The translations under genes were made by a program, and so were the position numbers. A DNA stretch of 64,000 nt from Acidobacteriota bacterium (lineage in GTDB: Bacteria; Acidobacteriota; UBA6911; JACQSX01). The stretch's first letter is position 1. Each line of letters opens with the position of its first letter. Shown here in pieces: positions 21,295-30,704 of the stretch. The notes beneath the pieces were generated by a model. That model did not search any database, was not told the origin of the DNA, and saw nothing but the letters and a program-made list of their open reading frames with translations. The DNA lies in the NCBI GenBank assembly GCA_036507075.1, contig DASXQR010000221.1:1-64000 (forward strand), given 5' to 3'.

Positions 21295-22320
21295 TCATGC
21301 CGTCATCGCAGCCATTGGGGCAGTAGTAAGTTCGGCCCAGCTCTTGGGCATATTCTTCATAACTTCGATAGCCTCAAAGATGCTACTTTCACGGGCACCA
21401 TGTTTTGTGACCCATTCCGCCATGACGCGGACTCCTATCTCAAGAGATGTTTTCTCTTGCCTGCCAAAAACCTGCTCGGCCCTGCTGTGGTCCGAGAAAG
21501 CCACTTTTACTTCCTGCCGCGCATCAAGGTAGCTGACATTGCATTCCCGTCCCAGAGACTGGGCAACGACTCGGGCCAATTGATTCACCGTGTAAGGCAC
21601 ATCTGCACCGACATTGAATATTTCATTTCGTGCGGCCGGAACCTCCACCGATGCAGCAATTATCGGCGCCACGTCCTTGATGTATGTAAACGCGCGTTGC
21701 TGAGTCCCGTCGCCGAATATCGTCATCGGCTGACCTTTCAACAACTGGTTCATAAAAATTCCCACGACATTACGATAGCGGTCGCCAATGTTCTGGCCTT
21801 CACCATATACATTGTGGGGACGAAAGATGATGTAATCGAGGCCGAATATGTCATGGCTGATTTTCAACTCCCTCTCGACGGCCAACTTCGCAATTCCGTA
21901 CGAATCCTCCGGAGCAGGAAGCATGTCTTCAGTCATCGGTGTCTGACCGGCGCCGTAGACCGCGATGGAGGATGTGAAGACAAAACATTTGACGTTATGA
22001 TTGATTGCCGCATTAATGAGGTTAACTGACCCAATCAAGTTATTATTGTAGTTAAATCGCTTGATGAAATGGCTTAACCCTTCGGCTGCATACGCCGCGA
22101 GGTGAAAGAGGTAGGTGAAGGAGTGTTCCGCGAACAGGTGATCGATCAATGGGTGATCGAGGATTGAGCCTTCGACAAAGATTGCCCCAGGGGGAACATT
22201 ATCGGCAAAACCCCCACTCAAGTCGTCCAGGACTACTACCTTATGGCCCATCTTTAGAAGATGTGCGGTGACATGAGATCCCATAAAACCTGCCCCGCCA
22301 GTGACTAACGAAGTATGCAT
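21295..22320 (-). CDS. NAD-dependent epimerase/dehydratase (UDP-hexose 4-epimerase-like)
   Basis: VTGGAGFMGSH, TSSIAVYG, YGIAK, HNVYG. Confidence 0.88.
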   Translation of the reverse strand: MHTSLVTGGAGFMGSHVTAHLLKMGHKVVVLDDLSGGFADNVPPGAIFVEGSILDHPLIDHLFAEHSFTYLFHLAAYAAEGLSHFIKRFNYNNNLIGSVNLINAAINHNVKCFVFTSSIAVYGAGQTPMTEDMLPAPEDSYGIAKLAVERELKISHDIFGLDYIIFRPHNVYGEGQNIGDRYRNVVGIFMNQLLKGQPMTIFGDGTQQRAFTYIKDVAPIIAASVEVPAARNEIFNVGADVPYTVNQLARVVAQSLGRECNVSYLDARQEVKVAFSDHSRAEQVFGRQEKTSLEIGVRVMAEWVTKHGARESSIFEAIEVMKNMPKSWAELTTAPMAAMTA

Positions 22321-22391
22321 TTGATTTGTCCTTTCATTTTCGGAAATCCACTCAGGATTCCCGCAGATTAAGTGGCAAACGGATAGGGCAC

Positions 22392-23372
22392 CTAGACAAT
22401 CAGTTTGCAGTCGATGTTGGGTTCTTCCCCATTCTCGATAAATCGAACGGGGTTGAGACGCTTATTCCATCGAGCAGCCAATCGATACATGTCCATCCGA
22501 CTCTTCAGCACTTGGGTTGGTTTCAGGAGTCGGAGCAGGCCATAACCAAATTGCCGGACTCTGAGGGATGTCAGTGAGACGTAACGGCAGTGACGTGCAC
22601 CGGGGATGCCATAATATTTGTAAAAGTAGCGGTAGCGGTTTCGATAAGTCTCTAACACGAACCTGATTGGAAAACGGTTTACTGACTGCCCGCCGATGTG
22701 AGTAATCACGACTTCAGGTGTGTAGATTATTGAATTGCCGGATTCCCAGATGCGGTAGCAGAGATCGACTTCCTCCTGGGTGTAGAAAAATTGCTCGTCA
22801 AATCCGCCCAGCCGGTTAAGTAGGCGCCTGCGAAACATAATGCAGCAACCGGACTGCCAGTCAATAAGGCGTTCGGTATCGCCTTTCCATCCCGTATAGG
22901 TGTCGGAAATAAATTTGTCTGAAAGATAGGCGAGCGGTCGCAGGTAAAGGGCTGCTATCCAGTAACGCCAGATCGTCGGGAATGGGCGGGCAGAATATTG
23001 ATAGGATCCATCCGGATTCAGAACCCGGCAGCCAAATCCGCCAGCCTCAGAATGGCGTCCGGCGAATTGCACCCATTTATCCAGAGCGCCATCATGAATA
23101 ATCGTGTCGGGATTCAAGATCAGAACCAGGTCGCCTTTGCTTGCACGGATACCGACATTGTTTCCCTTGGCAAACCCAAGGTTCGCGCCATTTTCAATGA
23201 CGTGAACTTGTGGATAATTCTGACGTATGAATTCAATGGATCCGTCGGTGCAACCATTGTCGGAAACAATAACCTCGAAGTCGGTCGTTCGTGTACCGGC
23301 ATAAATGGAATGTAGGCAATTACCGATCACGGTCAGGTCGTTCCAACAGATGATCACTATGGATAATTTCAT
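22392..23372 (-). CDS. Glycosyltransferase family 2 (WbbL-like)
   Basis: MKLSIVIICWN, SDNGCTDGS, NLGFAKGNN, LNPD, EEVDLC. Start refined to 23372. Confidence 0.88.
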   Translation of the reverse strand: MKLSIVIICWNDLTVIGNCLHSIYAGTRTTDFEVIVSDNGCTDGSIEFIRQNYPQVHVIENGANLGFAKGNNVGIRASKGDLVLILNPDTIIHDGALDKWVQFAGRHSEAGGFGCRVLNPDGSYQYSARPFPTIWRYWIAALYLRPLAYLSDKFISDTYTGWKGDTERLIDWQSGCCIMFRRRLLNRLGGFDEQFFYTQEEVDLCYRIWESGNSIIYTPEVVITHIGGQSVNRFPIRFVLETYRNRYRYFYKYYGIPGARHCRYVSLTSLRVRQFGYGLLRLLKPTQVLKSRMDMYRLAARWNKRLNPVRFIENGEEPNIDCKLIV

Positions 23373-23598
23373 AGATTTCTCCTCAAGGCTAAGACATCGA
23401 CCTCGTCGCCTCTCCTCGCATGAGTGTCGGCGTGTCGCCTGATGCGGACTCACAGAATGTATAGGCGAGCACGCAACCTTTCATTTCAATTTTGGTACCG
23501 GGCTAAGGTTAAGTAGGTGTGATGTTGTCATCTCGGCGTGGCAACTAGCCAGTCTAACTCTAGTGGCCGTCTCGACGGCTAGCCGCGATACTCTCCTG

Positions 23599-24849
23599 CT
23601 ATGCTCGCAAGAGCTGGGCATCACATTTCGTGATGAAGCTTCGGGAAAGAAATTGCGTGACCGTCCTGGCGATTCGACACTGCCGGTCGAAACCAAGCTG
23701 AGGATACATGGGCAAAGAAAGTATCTCCGATGCAGCCTTTTCCGATACCGGAAAGTCTCCTTCTTTGTAACCAAGGGTACGATAAGCCTTCTGAAGATGC
23801 AGTGGTATTGGATAATGGATTCCGGTAGAAATATTGGCCCCGGCAAGATGCATCTTTAGCTGGTCCCTCTTTAAAGTGCGGATCACATATAAGTGGTAGG
23901 CAGCCCTGCTCCATGGAGGCTCATACGGTACTCTTATGCTGCCCACCGCCGAGCCGAACAGTCCGTCGTAACAATAGGCATTCTCGCGACGCTTTCTGTT
24001 CCAGCCTGGTAAATGCCTGAGTTTGATTCGCAAAATGCCTGCCTGCAGCGCATCTAGCCTTCCGTTGTAGCCTTCCGTGTCGTGATAATACTTCTGCGAT
24101 TGGCCGTGGTCCCTAAGCATCCGAACATTTTGGGCAATGTCCGGATCATTTGTTGTGACTGCACCCGCTTCGCCGCACGCTCCCAGATTTTTGCCGGGGT
24201 AAAAGCTAAAAGCAGCCACCCGACCGACTGAGCCTGCCCTTGTCCAACGATTTTCACTTTTGGAAAAATATTCGGCCCCGTGTGCCTGACAAGCGTCTTC
24301 AATGACAATCAAATTGTATCTGGCTGCGATTTCCAGGATGGGATCCATGTTGGCCATCTGACCATAAAGGTGTACCGGAATAACGGCCGTGACAGGTTGT
24401 CGACTCTTTCGGTTGATTGTGCGGCCTGAGGCGTCATGGTTCTCGCACTGGCTTTCGAGGTAGTGTTGCAATTTCTTTGGGTCCATGTTGAAGGTGCGCT
24501 CATCGATATCTACGAACTCCGGCACAGCCCCAGCCTGAGAGATGGCTTCTGTTGTTGCGATAAAGGTGTTTGGAACGGTAACTACTATGTCGTTGGGTCT
24601 AACTCCGGCGGCTATTAAGGCAAATCTTAAGGCGTCTGTTCCGCTTCCTACTCCAACGCAGTACCTTGTGGTGCAATACTCGGCAAACTCCCTTTCGAAG
24701 TCTTCCACGGGAGGGCCCCCAATAAATGCACCAGACCTTACCGCTGCTCTGAAGACTGACAGCAGTTCGTCCTCGAGCTCTAAGTGAGGAGTCGAGAGGT
24801 CCACGAAGGGAATTTCACCATCACTCCTGACGATCGCGAATTGTTTCAT
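23599..24849 (-). CDS. DegT/DnrJ/EryC1/StrS PLP-dependent sugar aminotransferase
   Basis: GSGTDAL, PVHLYGQ, EDACQAHG, SFYPGKNLG. Confidence 0.92.
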   Translation of the reverse strand: MKQFAIVRSDGEIPFVDLSTPHLELEDELLSVFRAAVRSGAFIGGPPVEDFEREFAEYCTTRYCVGVGSGTDALRFALIAAGVRPNDIVVTVPNTFIATTEAISQAGAVPEFVDIDERTFNMDPKKLQHYLESQCENHDASGRTINRKSRQPVTAVIPVHLYGQMANMDPILEIAARYNLIVIEDACQAHGAEYFSKSENRWTRAGSVGRVAAFSFYPGKNLGACGEAGAVTTNDPDIAQNVRMLRDHGQSQKYYHDTEGYNGRLDALQAGILRIKLRHLPGWNRKRRENAYCYDGLFGSAVGSIRVPYEPPWSRAAYHLYVIRTLKRDQLKMHLAGANISTGIHYPIPLHLQKAYRTLGYKEGDFPVSEKAASEILSLPMYPQLGFDRQCRIARTVTQFLSRSFITKCDAQLLRA

Positions 24850-25424
24850 TTAGCGTCTTTTGTTCCAATCCCCGAAATCGCCCTCGCCCTGCCTGGATAT
24901 TTGTTATACCTCCCTTGCGAATCCTCGGCAGGGCGTGAGCTTACTTCGTCTTGCACAAACCTCACCACTCTTGCAGGGTTTCCCATGACTATTGCATTGG
25001 CAACCACGTCTCTAGTGACCACGCTGCCCGCCCCGACAATGGCATTTTCCCCTATGCTCACGCTGGAAAGTATAGTGGCGCCGGAGCCAATTGAGGCGCC
25101 GGACCTCACCAGTGTCGGTTCCACTTTCCAATCCGCTTCAGTTTGTAATTTACCTTCGGAATTTGTGGCCCGCGGGTATCTATCATTGATGAAGGTCACA
25201 CTGTGACCTACAAACACGCCGTCCTCGATAATCACTCCTTCGCAGATGAACGTATGGCTGGAAATCTTACAATTTCGCCCGACGCTGGCATTCTTCTGAA
25301 TTTCCACAAATGCGCCGATCTTGGTATCGTCACCAATATCGCAGCCGTAAAGATTAATGAACTTCGAGAGCTTGACATTCCTGCCAAGCTTGACATCGGG
25401 AGCTATGCAAACGTAATCACTCAT
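24846..25424 (-). CDS. Hexapeptide-repeat sugar N-acyltransferase (WbpD/WxcM-like)
   Basis: Left-handed beta-helix repeats, FINDRYP, GAGSVVTRDV, GNPAR. Confidence 0.88.
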   Translation of the reverse strand: MSDYVCIAPDVKLGRNVKLSKFINLYGCDIGDDTKIGAFVEIQKNASVGRNCKISSHTFICEGVIIEDGVFVGHSVTFINDRYPRATNSEGKLQTEADWKVEPTLVRSGASIGSGATILSSVSIGENAIVGAGSVVTRDVVANAIVMGNPARVVRFVQDEVSSRPAEDSQGRYNKYPGRARAISGIGTKDAK

Positions 25425-26422
25425 AGATAGACCATTTCACCCCGGCGCTTGACTGACTTACCTGCCGCCTCAAGCACTTTGACCACCTTTAAGCCGGCTT
25501 TGCCATCATTAAACGGGGTCTCGTCGCGCATGATACAGTCCACAAAGTACTGTGCCTCACTTTTCAGAGCCTCAATCTGTTCCACCTTAGGCGCCCACAT
25601 GTCTCCAGTACGGTAACTCACGAGTAAGTCATAAACTCCTTCCTGATTAGTCACCTTTACTCCCTTATCGTAGATTTTGATCTTCTCATCGGCCTCCAAG
25701 TCATTCCAGACAAGCATCTTTTTCTCGCCACCAATCAGAGTTGTCCGAACTTTAACCGGAGATAGCCAGTTGACATTGATGTGGGCTATGATGTTGTTCG
25801 GAAAGTAAACCGTGATATAAGCAACATCTTCCTTGCCATTGACATGCTTCTCGCCGGTGGCCACTACCGCTTCCGGTTGCTGGCCGATGAGATAATCCAT
25901 GATGGATAAGTCATGGGGTGCCAGGTCCCAAATGACATTTGCATCGTGTTGGAAGAGGCCAAGATTTACCCTCACAGAATCATAGTAGTACAAGGCACCC
26001 ATTGCATCTTCGTCAATAAGCTGTTTGATTTTCTTAACCGCGCCGGTGAAGAGGAAAGTATGGTCCACCATAATTTTCAGCCGCTTCCGGTCAGCCAAAT
26101 CTATCAGTTCCTCGGCTTGGGATGTATTGCAGGTAAACGGCTTTTCGACGAAGACGTGCTTTCCATTTTCAAGGGCTCTTTTTGCGAGGTCGAAATGCGT
26201 ACAGAGGGGGGTCACGACCGCTACAGCGTCTATATCGGCTGACGAGAGAATCTCACCAGGATCACTGGTTACTGCGACGCTGGGATAGTCTTGTTTGGCG
26301 CGCCTTAAGGATTCTGTCGTCTTGTCACAAATTGAAATTACCTGAGAGTCTTTAAGGGTGTAGAAGTTCCTGACGACATTGGGCCCCCAGTAACCGTAAC
26401 CGATAACACCAAGCCGAATCAT
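25421..26422 (-). CDS. Gfo/Idh/MocA oxidoreductase (WbpB/GnnA-like sugar 3-dehydrogenase)
   Basis: GYGYWG, VEKP, DLAPHD. Confidence 0.88.
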   Translation of the reverse strand: MIRLGVIGYGYWGPNVVRNFYTLKDSQVISICDKTTESLRRAKQDYPSVAVTSDPGEILSSADIDAVAVVTPLCTHFDLAKRALENGKHVFVEKPFTCNTSQAEELIDLADRKRLKIMVDHTFLFTGAVKKIKQLIDEDAMGALYYYDSVRVNLGLFQHDANVIWDLAPHDLSIMDYLIGQQPEAVVATGEKHVNGKEDVAYITVYFPNNIIAHINVNWLSPVKVRTTLIGGEKKMLVWNDLEADEKIKIYDKGVKVTNQEGVYDLLVSYRTGDMWAPKVEQIEALKSEAQYFVDCIMRDETPFNDGKAGLKVVKVLEAAGKSVKRRGEMVYL

Positions 26423-26487
26423 ATTGAGCTTTTAGAGAATGTGAAGCCGACCGCTCCTTTTGTTTGACTGGTCCGGACCGGATTCGT

Positions 26488-27669
26488 CTAGTAGGCCCCT
26501 GCACCGATGAGGACAGCCCAGGGCGTCTTAAGAAGGATCTTGAAATCCAACCACAAAGACCACATCCGCACGTACTTAAGATCCAGCCGCACCATCTCGT
26601 CAAAGGTAATTCTGCTTCGACCGTTCACTTGCCACAACCCAGTGAGCCCCGGCTTTGCCTCCAGTACGCGGCGTTTGTGCCAATTATCATAGGAGTCAAA
26701 CTCGTACGGGATGGGAGGCCTTGGTCCTACAAGAGACATTTCCCCTTTCAAGACATTCCAAAGTTGCGGTAGTTCGTCCAAACTGGTCTTTCGTAAAAAT
26801 CTCCCGATAGGTGTGATCCTCGGATCATGCGTTATCTTGTAAACACCGAGGTTCGTAGCTGATTCAAATTTCTTCAAACCATAACCTTCGCCGCCGGCAA
26901 TCAGTTGTTTGACATATTCCCGATGGATGTCATGTTCGCAATCTCGGTACATTGATCTGAACTTTAAGAAGTTGAATCGGCGACCGAATTGACCGATTCG
27001 CTGCTGTCTGAATAGGATCGGGCCCCTGGAAGACAACCTGATTAACAACGAGATAATGAGAAAGAGAGGTGCGAGAATGATCAGGCCCAAAATCGCCCCA
27101 GCAACGTCCACCGTTCGTTTGATGAGAAGAGAAAATTTCTTGGACTCGGTTCGACTCACCAGGTCTGGATACAGGCTTGGGTCAGGTTCAGACGGCGAGG
27201 TCCCATCACATTCCTCAGGGAAGAGGTGCAAGAATATCCGAACTTTCTTGGTTTGTTCTAGATTGAGACTGTTGCTCAGCGCATTACTCAACTTGTTAAG
27301 CACGAAGGCTTTTGCTGTGTTTTTGTGGCTCTCAATGATCTCTGTGAAGATGATTCCTATAATAGAGCCGTTCTTCTGCCATCCAATAACATCAGTCTCT
27401 CGGATTGACGCAGACAGGCCAGACATTAATTTGAGTAGGACTGCATCGTCTCTGATATTTTGACACAAGCTTCCGACATCCAAGAGTGCGAGCACCATCA
27501 GCCTCCGGGAGCGCTCTGCTCGTTTTCGTTCCAAGCAAAGCATCCTGTTAAATAAGCTCTCTGGGAGGATGCCGGAATCTTGAGGGTAAGCGAAAGAATC
27601 AGAAGATTTCGAGCGTCGAGAATCTTGTCTGGCTTTCAAAGGCAGTATGTCCAAAGCAAAAACGCTCAT
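26488..27669 (-). CDS. Priming phosphoglycosyl transferase (sugar transferase) with an N-terminal degenerate GGDEF-like domain
   Basis: C-terminal KRTVDV, FLKFRSM, DPRITPIG..LRKTSLDELPQ, SLVGPRP, KPGLTGLWQV. N-terminal ERKRAER..LALLDV..IRETD. Confidence 0.9.
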   Translation of the reverse strand: MSVFALDILPLKARQDSRRSKSSDSFAYPQDSGILPESLFNRMLCLERKRAERSRRLMVLALLDVGSLCQNIRDDAVLLKLMSGLSASIRETDVIGWQKNGSIIGIIFTEIIESHKNTAKAFVLNKLSNALSNSLNLEQTKKVRIFLHLFPEECDGTSPSEPDPSLYPDLVSRTESKKFSLLIKRTVDVAGAILGLIILAPLFLIISLLIRLSSRGPILFRQQRIGQFGRRFNFLKFRSMYRDCEHDIHREYVKQLIAGGEGYGLKKFESATNLGVYKITHDPRITPIGRFLRKTSLDELPQLWNVLKGEMSLVGPRPPIPYEFDSYDNWHKRRVLEAKPGLTGLWQVNGRSRITFDEMVRLDLKYVRMWSLWLDFKILLKTPWAVLIGAGAY

Positions 27670-28038
27670 TTTTGACCCTGGTGTTTCACTGATTTCTCCA
27701 CAAGCATCGATCCCTCGGTAAGTCGTCGCGCTCCCCCTCTGGACCAGAAGTATCCTGACTGGATATTTCCCGAAGAGTCAGATAGTAGGAAAAGGCAGCA
27801 CACTTCGATAGGAAAGGAACGCAATTATCATTCCGCCTCAGTGAAGAGGAGCTAACTGACCGGAAATCAATAAATAAAGAGAATCTCAGAACTCTTAACA
27901 ATGAAAGGCTCTACTCAAATTCTGCAAAACAAGAAACAGTTTGGAATTTCCTGAAGCTCGGGATACTGAATCGCCTGATATAGCTTCGCCCTCTCAGTTA
28001 CAGTCATGGTGGGATACCGCAAAATCCACGATTTGGCC

Positions 28039-28055
28039 TGCAAGTCCTATGCCAA
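28039..28055 (-). promoter_or_regulatory. Sigma-54 promoter of the main EPS operon
   Basis: Minus strand TTGGCATAGGACTTGCA, near-consensus -24/-12 element. Confidence 0.8.
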
Positions 28056-28260
28056 ATCAACTGACCTATTAATACCAGCGAAACAGAGGAGTCAGCATGA
28101 AGCAGGTTTCCTCGACTGAGTAGCTGACTTCACACTTCGCTCTTCGACTTTCTCATTTGTTGGATCAAGTCGAGGCTTGCCTCGCGCAGATAGAGCCAGG
28201 TGGAAGGTCCGGAAGCTGTCGAGAATGTCTGGTGAGAAATTCGGGGGAGCCCGAATAACT

Positions 28261-29526
28261 TCACAATTTTGCTACTTCGGTGACGGATCCGGCATAGGGG
28301 TGCCGGCGCCGCCACAATTGTCGTCGGATTAATCGCCGCACGGTTCCGAGAACTGTGCGGGCCTTTCTTAGAAAGGGAAGCCTGATCCAACTTCGGAAAA
28401 GCGAGAATCCGACAAATTTTGGGGTCGGAATGAGCAGAAGTCGCATTGCAAGCAGCCTGCCGAAAAGTTGTTGGCGCCGCTGTAGGAGATCGGCCTGAGC
28501 CGAGAGAACCCCCCCTGCGCCGGCAGGTCTCAGTTCAACGTAGTTCGCAGCCATTGCTCGATGAAGGATTTCTTGACCCCTTCGAGTACGTACCAGCACG
28601 ATCGAACGGCCAATATCGCCGTTGTCTGTGAACCGATTCCAGGCATCACCGCAAGATATATCTGCCACTCGCCCCAGGCCATCCGGACAAAGGTGACATC
28701 GAAGTGGACGGTAACTGGCAAGCTTGCCCCAAGAGTGCGTGTAGGATAGGGACTTTTCACTTCTGCTGTCGTCGTAAAGGACCTTGAAGCTGCCGGGCCA
28801 CCCCTCGCCACGGTAACGCAACGAGTTCACTTTATCCCGTCTGATTTCCAGGGACTCAAGAATGTCCAGAGTTCCTTGTGTACTGGGCGTTCCGGCGCAA
28901 AAGAAGGTTAACACCAGCCCAACATTTCGATCCAAATCCGGGCGTTGTTTTCGTAGCAGGGCAACCGCTGCGGCATCGCAGGGTTTGCCGATAAACACGC
29001 ACGGACCTTTGCTCTGCGCAATCAGCCGAAGACTTTCACAGGGAGAAGCTGGCGCATATCGGGAACCGGTCCGTGCGAGGATCTCATCCCGATTCCTGCT
29101 TTGGACAGTTTTGTTGGTCCACGGTTCTGTTTCGTCCATTCCACTATGCAGAACAAATTCCATGTTTTCGCGCTCGAGACAGTAGAGCGCCAGCGCCGAA
29201 AGAATTCCTCCCGACGAGGCTGAGTAACGGATATGCGGATCGCTCGCACAGCCTTCCCAGATCTCCAGTGCCGGCCCAAACTCGTGATCAGCTTCGGTCT
29301 GTTTGGGAAGTCCACCTGTCTCGCCATCGACGAAATAGCCCGGGCAGATCGAAAGACATTCCGTACAGGATGAGCATTCGGTCGGATCAAACTTGGGGCG
29401 GATTCCGACCGATTTGATGTTGACAAGAGACACCCCCCCCTTGGTGCAGGCGTAATAGCAAGCTCCACAGCCGATGCACAATCCCCAATCCACTACGTCC
29501 TGGATAGTTCTAATTTCCCGCGTCAC
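28261..29526 (-). CDS. FrhB/FdhB-like (F420 hydrogenase beta-subunit family) Fe-S oxidoreductase associated with polysaccharide loci
   Basis: CIGCGAC and CSSCTECLSICP ferredoxin motifs, SSGG, GSRY, GKPC, FCAG, RGEGWPG, CHLC, ADISCGDAW. Confidence 0.85.
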   Translation of the reverse strand: MTREIRTIQDVVDWGLCIGCGACYYACTKGGVSLVNIKSVGIRPKFDPTECSSCTECLSICPGYFVDGETGGLPKQTEADHEFGPALEIWEGCASDPHIRYSASSGGILSALALYCLERENMEFVLHSGMDETEPWTNKTVQSRNRDEILARTGSRYAPASPCESLRLIAQSKGPCVFIGKPCDAAAVALLRKQRPDLDRNVGLVLTFFCAGTPSTQGTLDILESLEIRRDKVNSLRYRGEGWPGSFKVLYDDSRSEKSLSYTHSWGKLASYRPLRCHLCPDGLGRVADISCGDAWNRFTDNGDIGRSIVLVRTRRGQEILHRAMAANYVELRPAGAGGVLSAQADLLQRRQQLFGRLLAMRLLLIPTPKFVGFSLFRSWIRLPFLRKARTVLGTVRRLIRRQLWRRRHPYAGSVTEVAKL

Positions 29527-29656
29527 GTTAATCTGAAAAGGCAGCCATCGACGGCTTATACAGAGTCGGCTGCCCAGTTGCCCGGTAAAAGTTGATGTAT
29601 TTCGCTTTAGCCGCGGGACTCATATTACGTCCAGCTTTCGTACTGTCGACACATGC

Positions 29657-29673
29657 AGCAACTCGGATGCCAA
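29657..29673 (-). promoter_or_regulatory. Sigma-54 promoter of the FrhB-like gene
   Basis: Minus strand TTGGCATCCGAGTTGCT, correct GG-N10-GC spacing. Confidence 0.78.
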
Positions 29674-29878
29674 ACGAAGGATTCAACGGTTTTGGTCGGA
29701 ATTGTGTGTATCGGCTTTCACAATAACGGTAAGGACTTACACAATCGCCCCGTGCCCCTCGTCAACCCCTTTGCATCCAGACACGCCTGCGTCGCTTTGG
29801 GACGAAACCTTGTGAGGGTACGGGCTGGCTTTTAAGAAGGTGACTCCTTAACGCCGAGTCGATGCTGCCTATCACTGG

Positions 29879-30292
29879 TTAGGGAACAAATGGGCTCAGG
29901 ATGGTCAGCCGCCTTACAAAAGATCTTGGTATATAAGCGATTTCGTTGTTAGCGTCCTTGTCTGAGGGCCACAGGTAAAAACCATGTAGATTTTGTAGAT
30001 CCACATTGTTCTTGACTGCTCCCTCCAAAATCTCACCATCCACGAGCTCGACTCGTACCCAGATCTTCTCGCTGATCGGTTGCTTGGTGAAAAACTTAAA
30101 TTCTTCGTGCTTCGGATCTCCGTCAAAATCTTTCACGAAAAAAATGGCCTTGATATCTTCAATGTTAAAAACTTCATCTTTTCCCTGCCTCGTTAGGATC
30201 CCCACTTCGTCTTTGATAGTGTCCTCCCTGGCAAAGCCAGCGGTGACTTTCCCATCTCGTGTTCGAACTATAACCTTCCTTAGGGAGCTCAT
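29879..30292 (-). CDS. Small two-repeat beta protein (DUF6982-like), paralogue A
   Basis: KVIVRTRDG..GF, KAIFFVKDF, DGEILEG, NNEIAYIP; highly similar to 32186..32593. Confidence 0.75.
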   Translation of the reverse strand: MSSLRKVIVRTRDGKVTAGFAREDTIKDEVGILTRQGKDEVFNIEDIKAIFFVKDFDGDPKHEEFKFFTKQPISEKIWVRVELVDGEILEGAVKNNVDLQNLHGFYLWPSDKDANNEIAYIPRSFVRRLTILSPFVP

Positions 30293-30704
30293 TTTCTTAA
30301 TGCCACAGCACTGTCAGCGGGATTTCACCACAACTTATCTGGCATCGGCTACTAATTTCCGGAATCCTTTCGCCTGGCGAGCCCGGATCTGGTAAGTTTT
30401 GCCCTGGAATACGGCAAAAGCCACACTACATCGGGTTGTTACGTATATCCTGCGACTTACAGTCTAATCCTGAAGGCGCCGCAGCGCAATTAAACGGCTC
30501 GCCGTCGGAAACCGATGGAAAAATTTGGGTCGTAAGTGGTCTTGAAGGACTCTGCAGTTTGAGGTAGGGGCCGCGAGGCACACAGCCGCTTTCTTCCAAA
30601 GCCTGGAGGCCTGGCAAAAAACGACCTTTAGAGAGTTGGCCGCGGAAGGATAGGCCGCATAAGACAGATCTCGGCTTCTGCGCCAGGTCCCGGATAGCAA
30701 AAAA

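Noticed and set aside
27686..28390. Short ORFs 27686..27901 and 28130..28390 in the EPS leader region
   Set aside because: No motifs or RBS; the region is better explained as promoter and leader.
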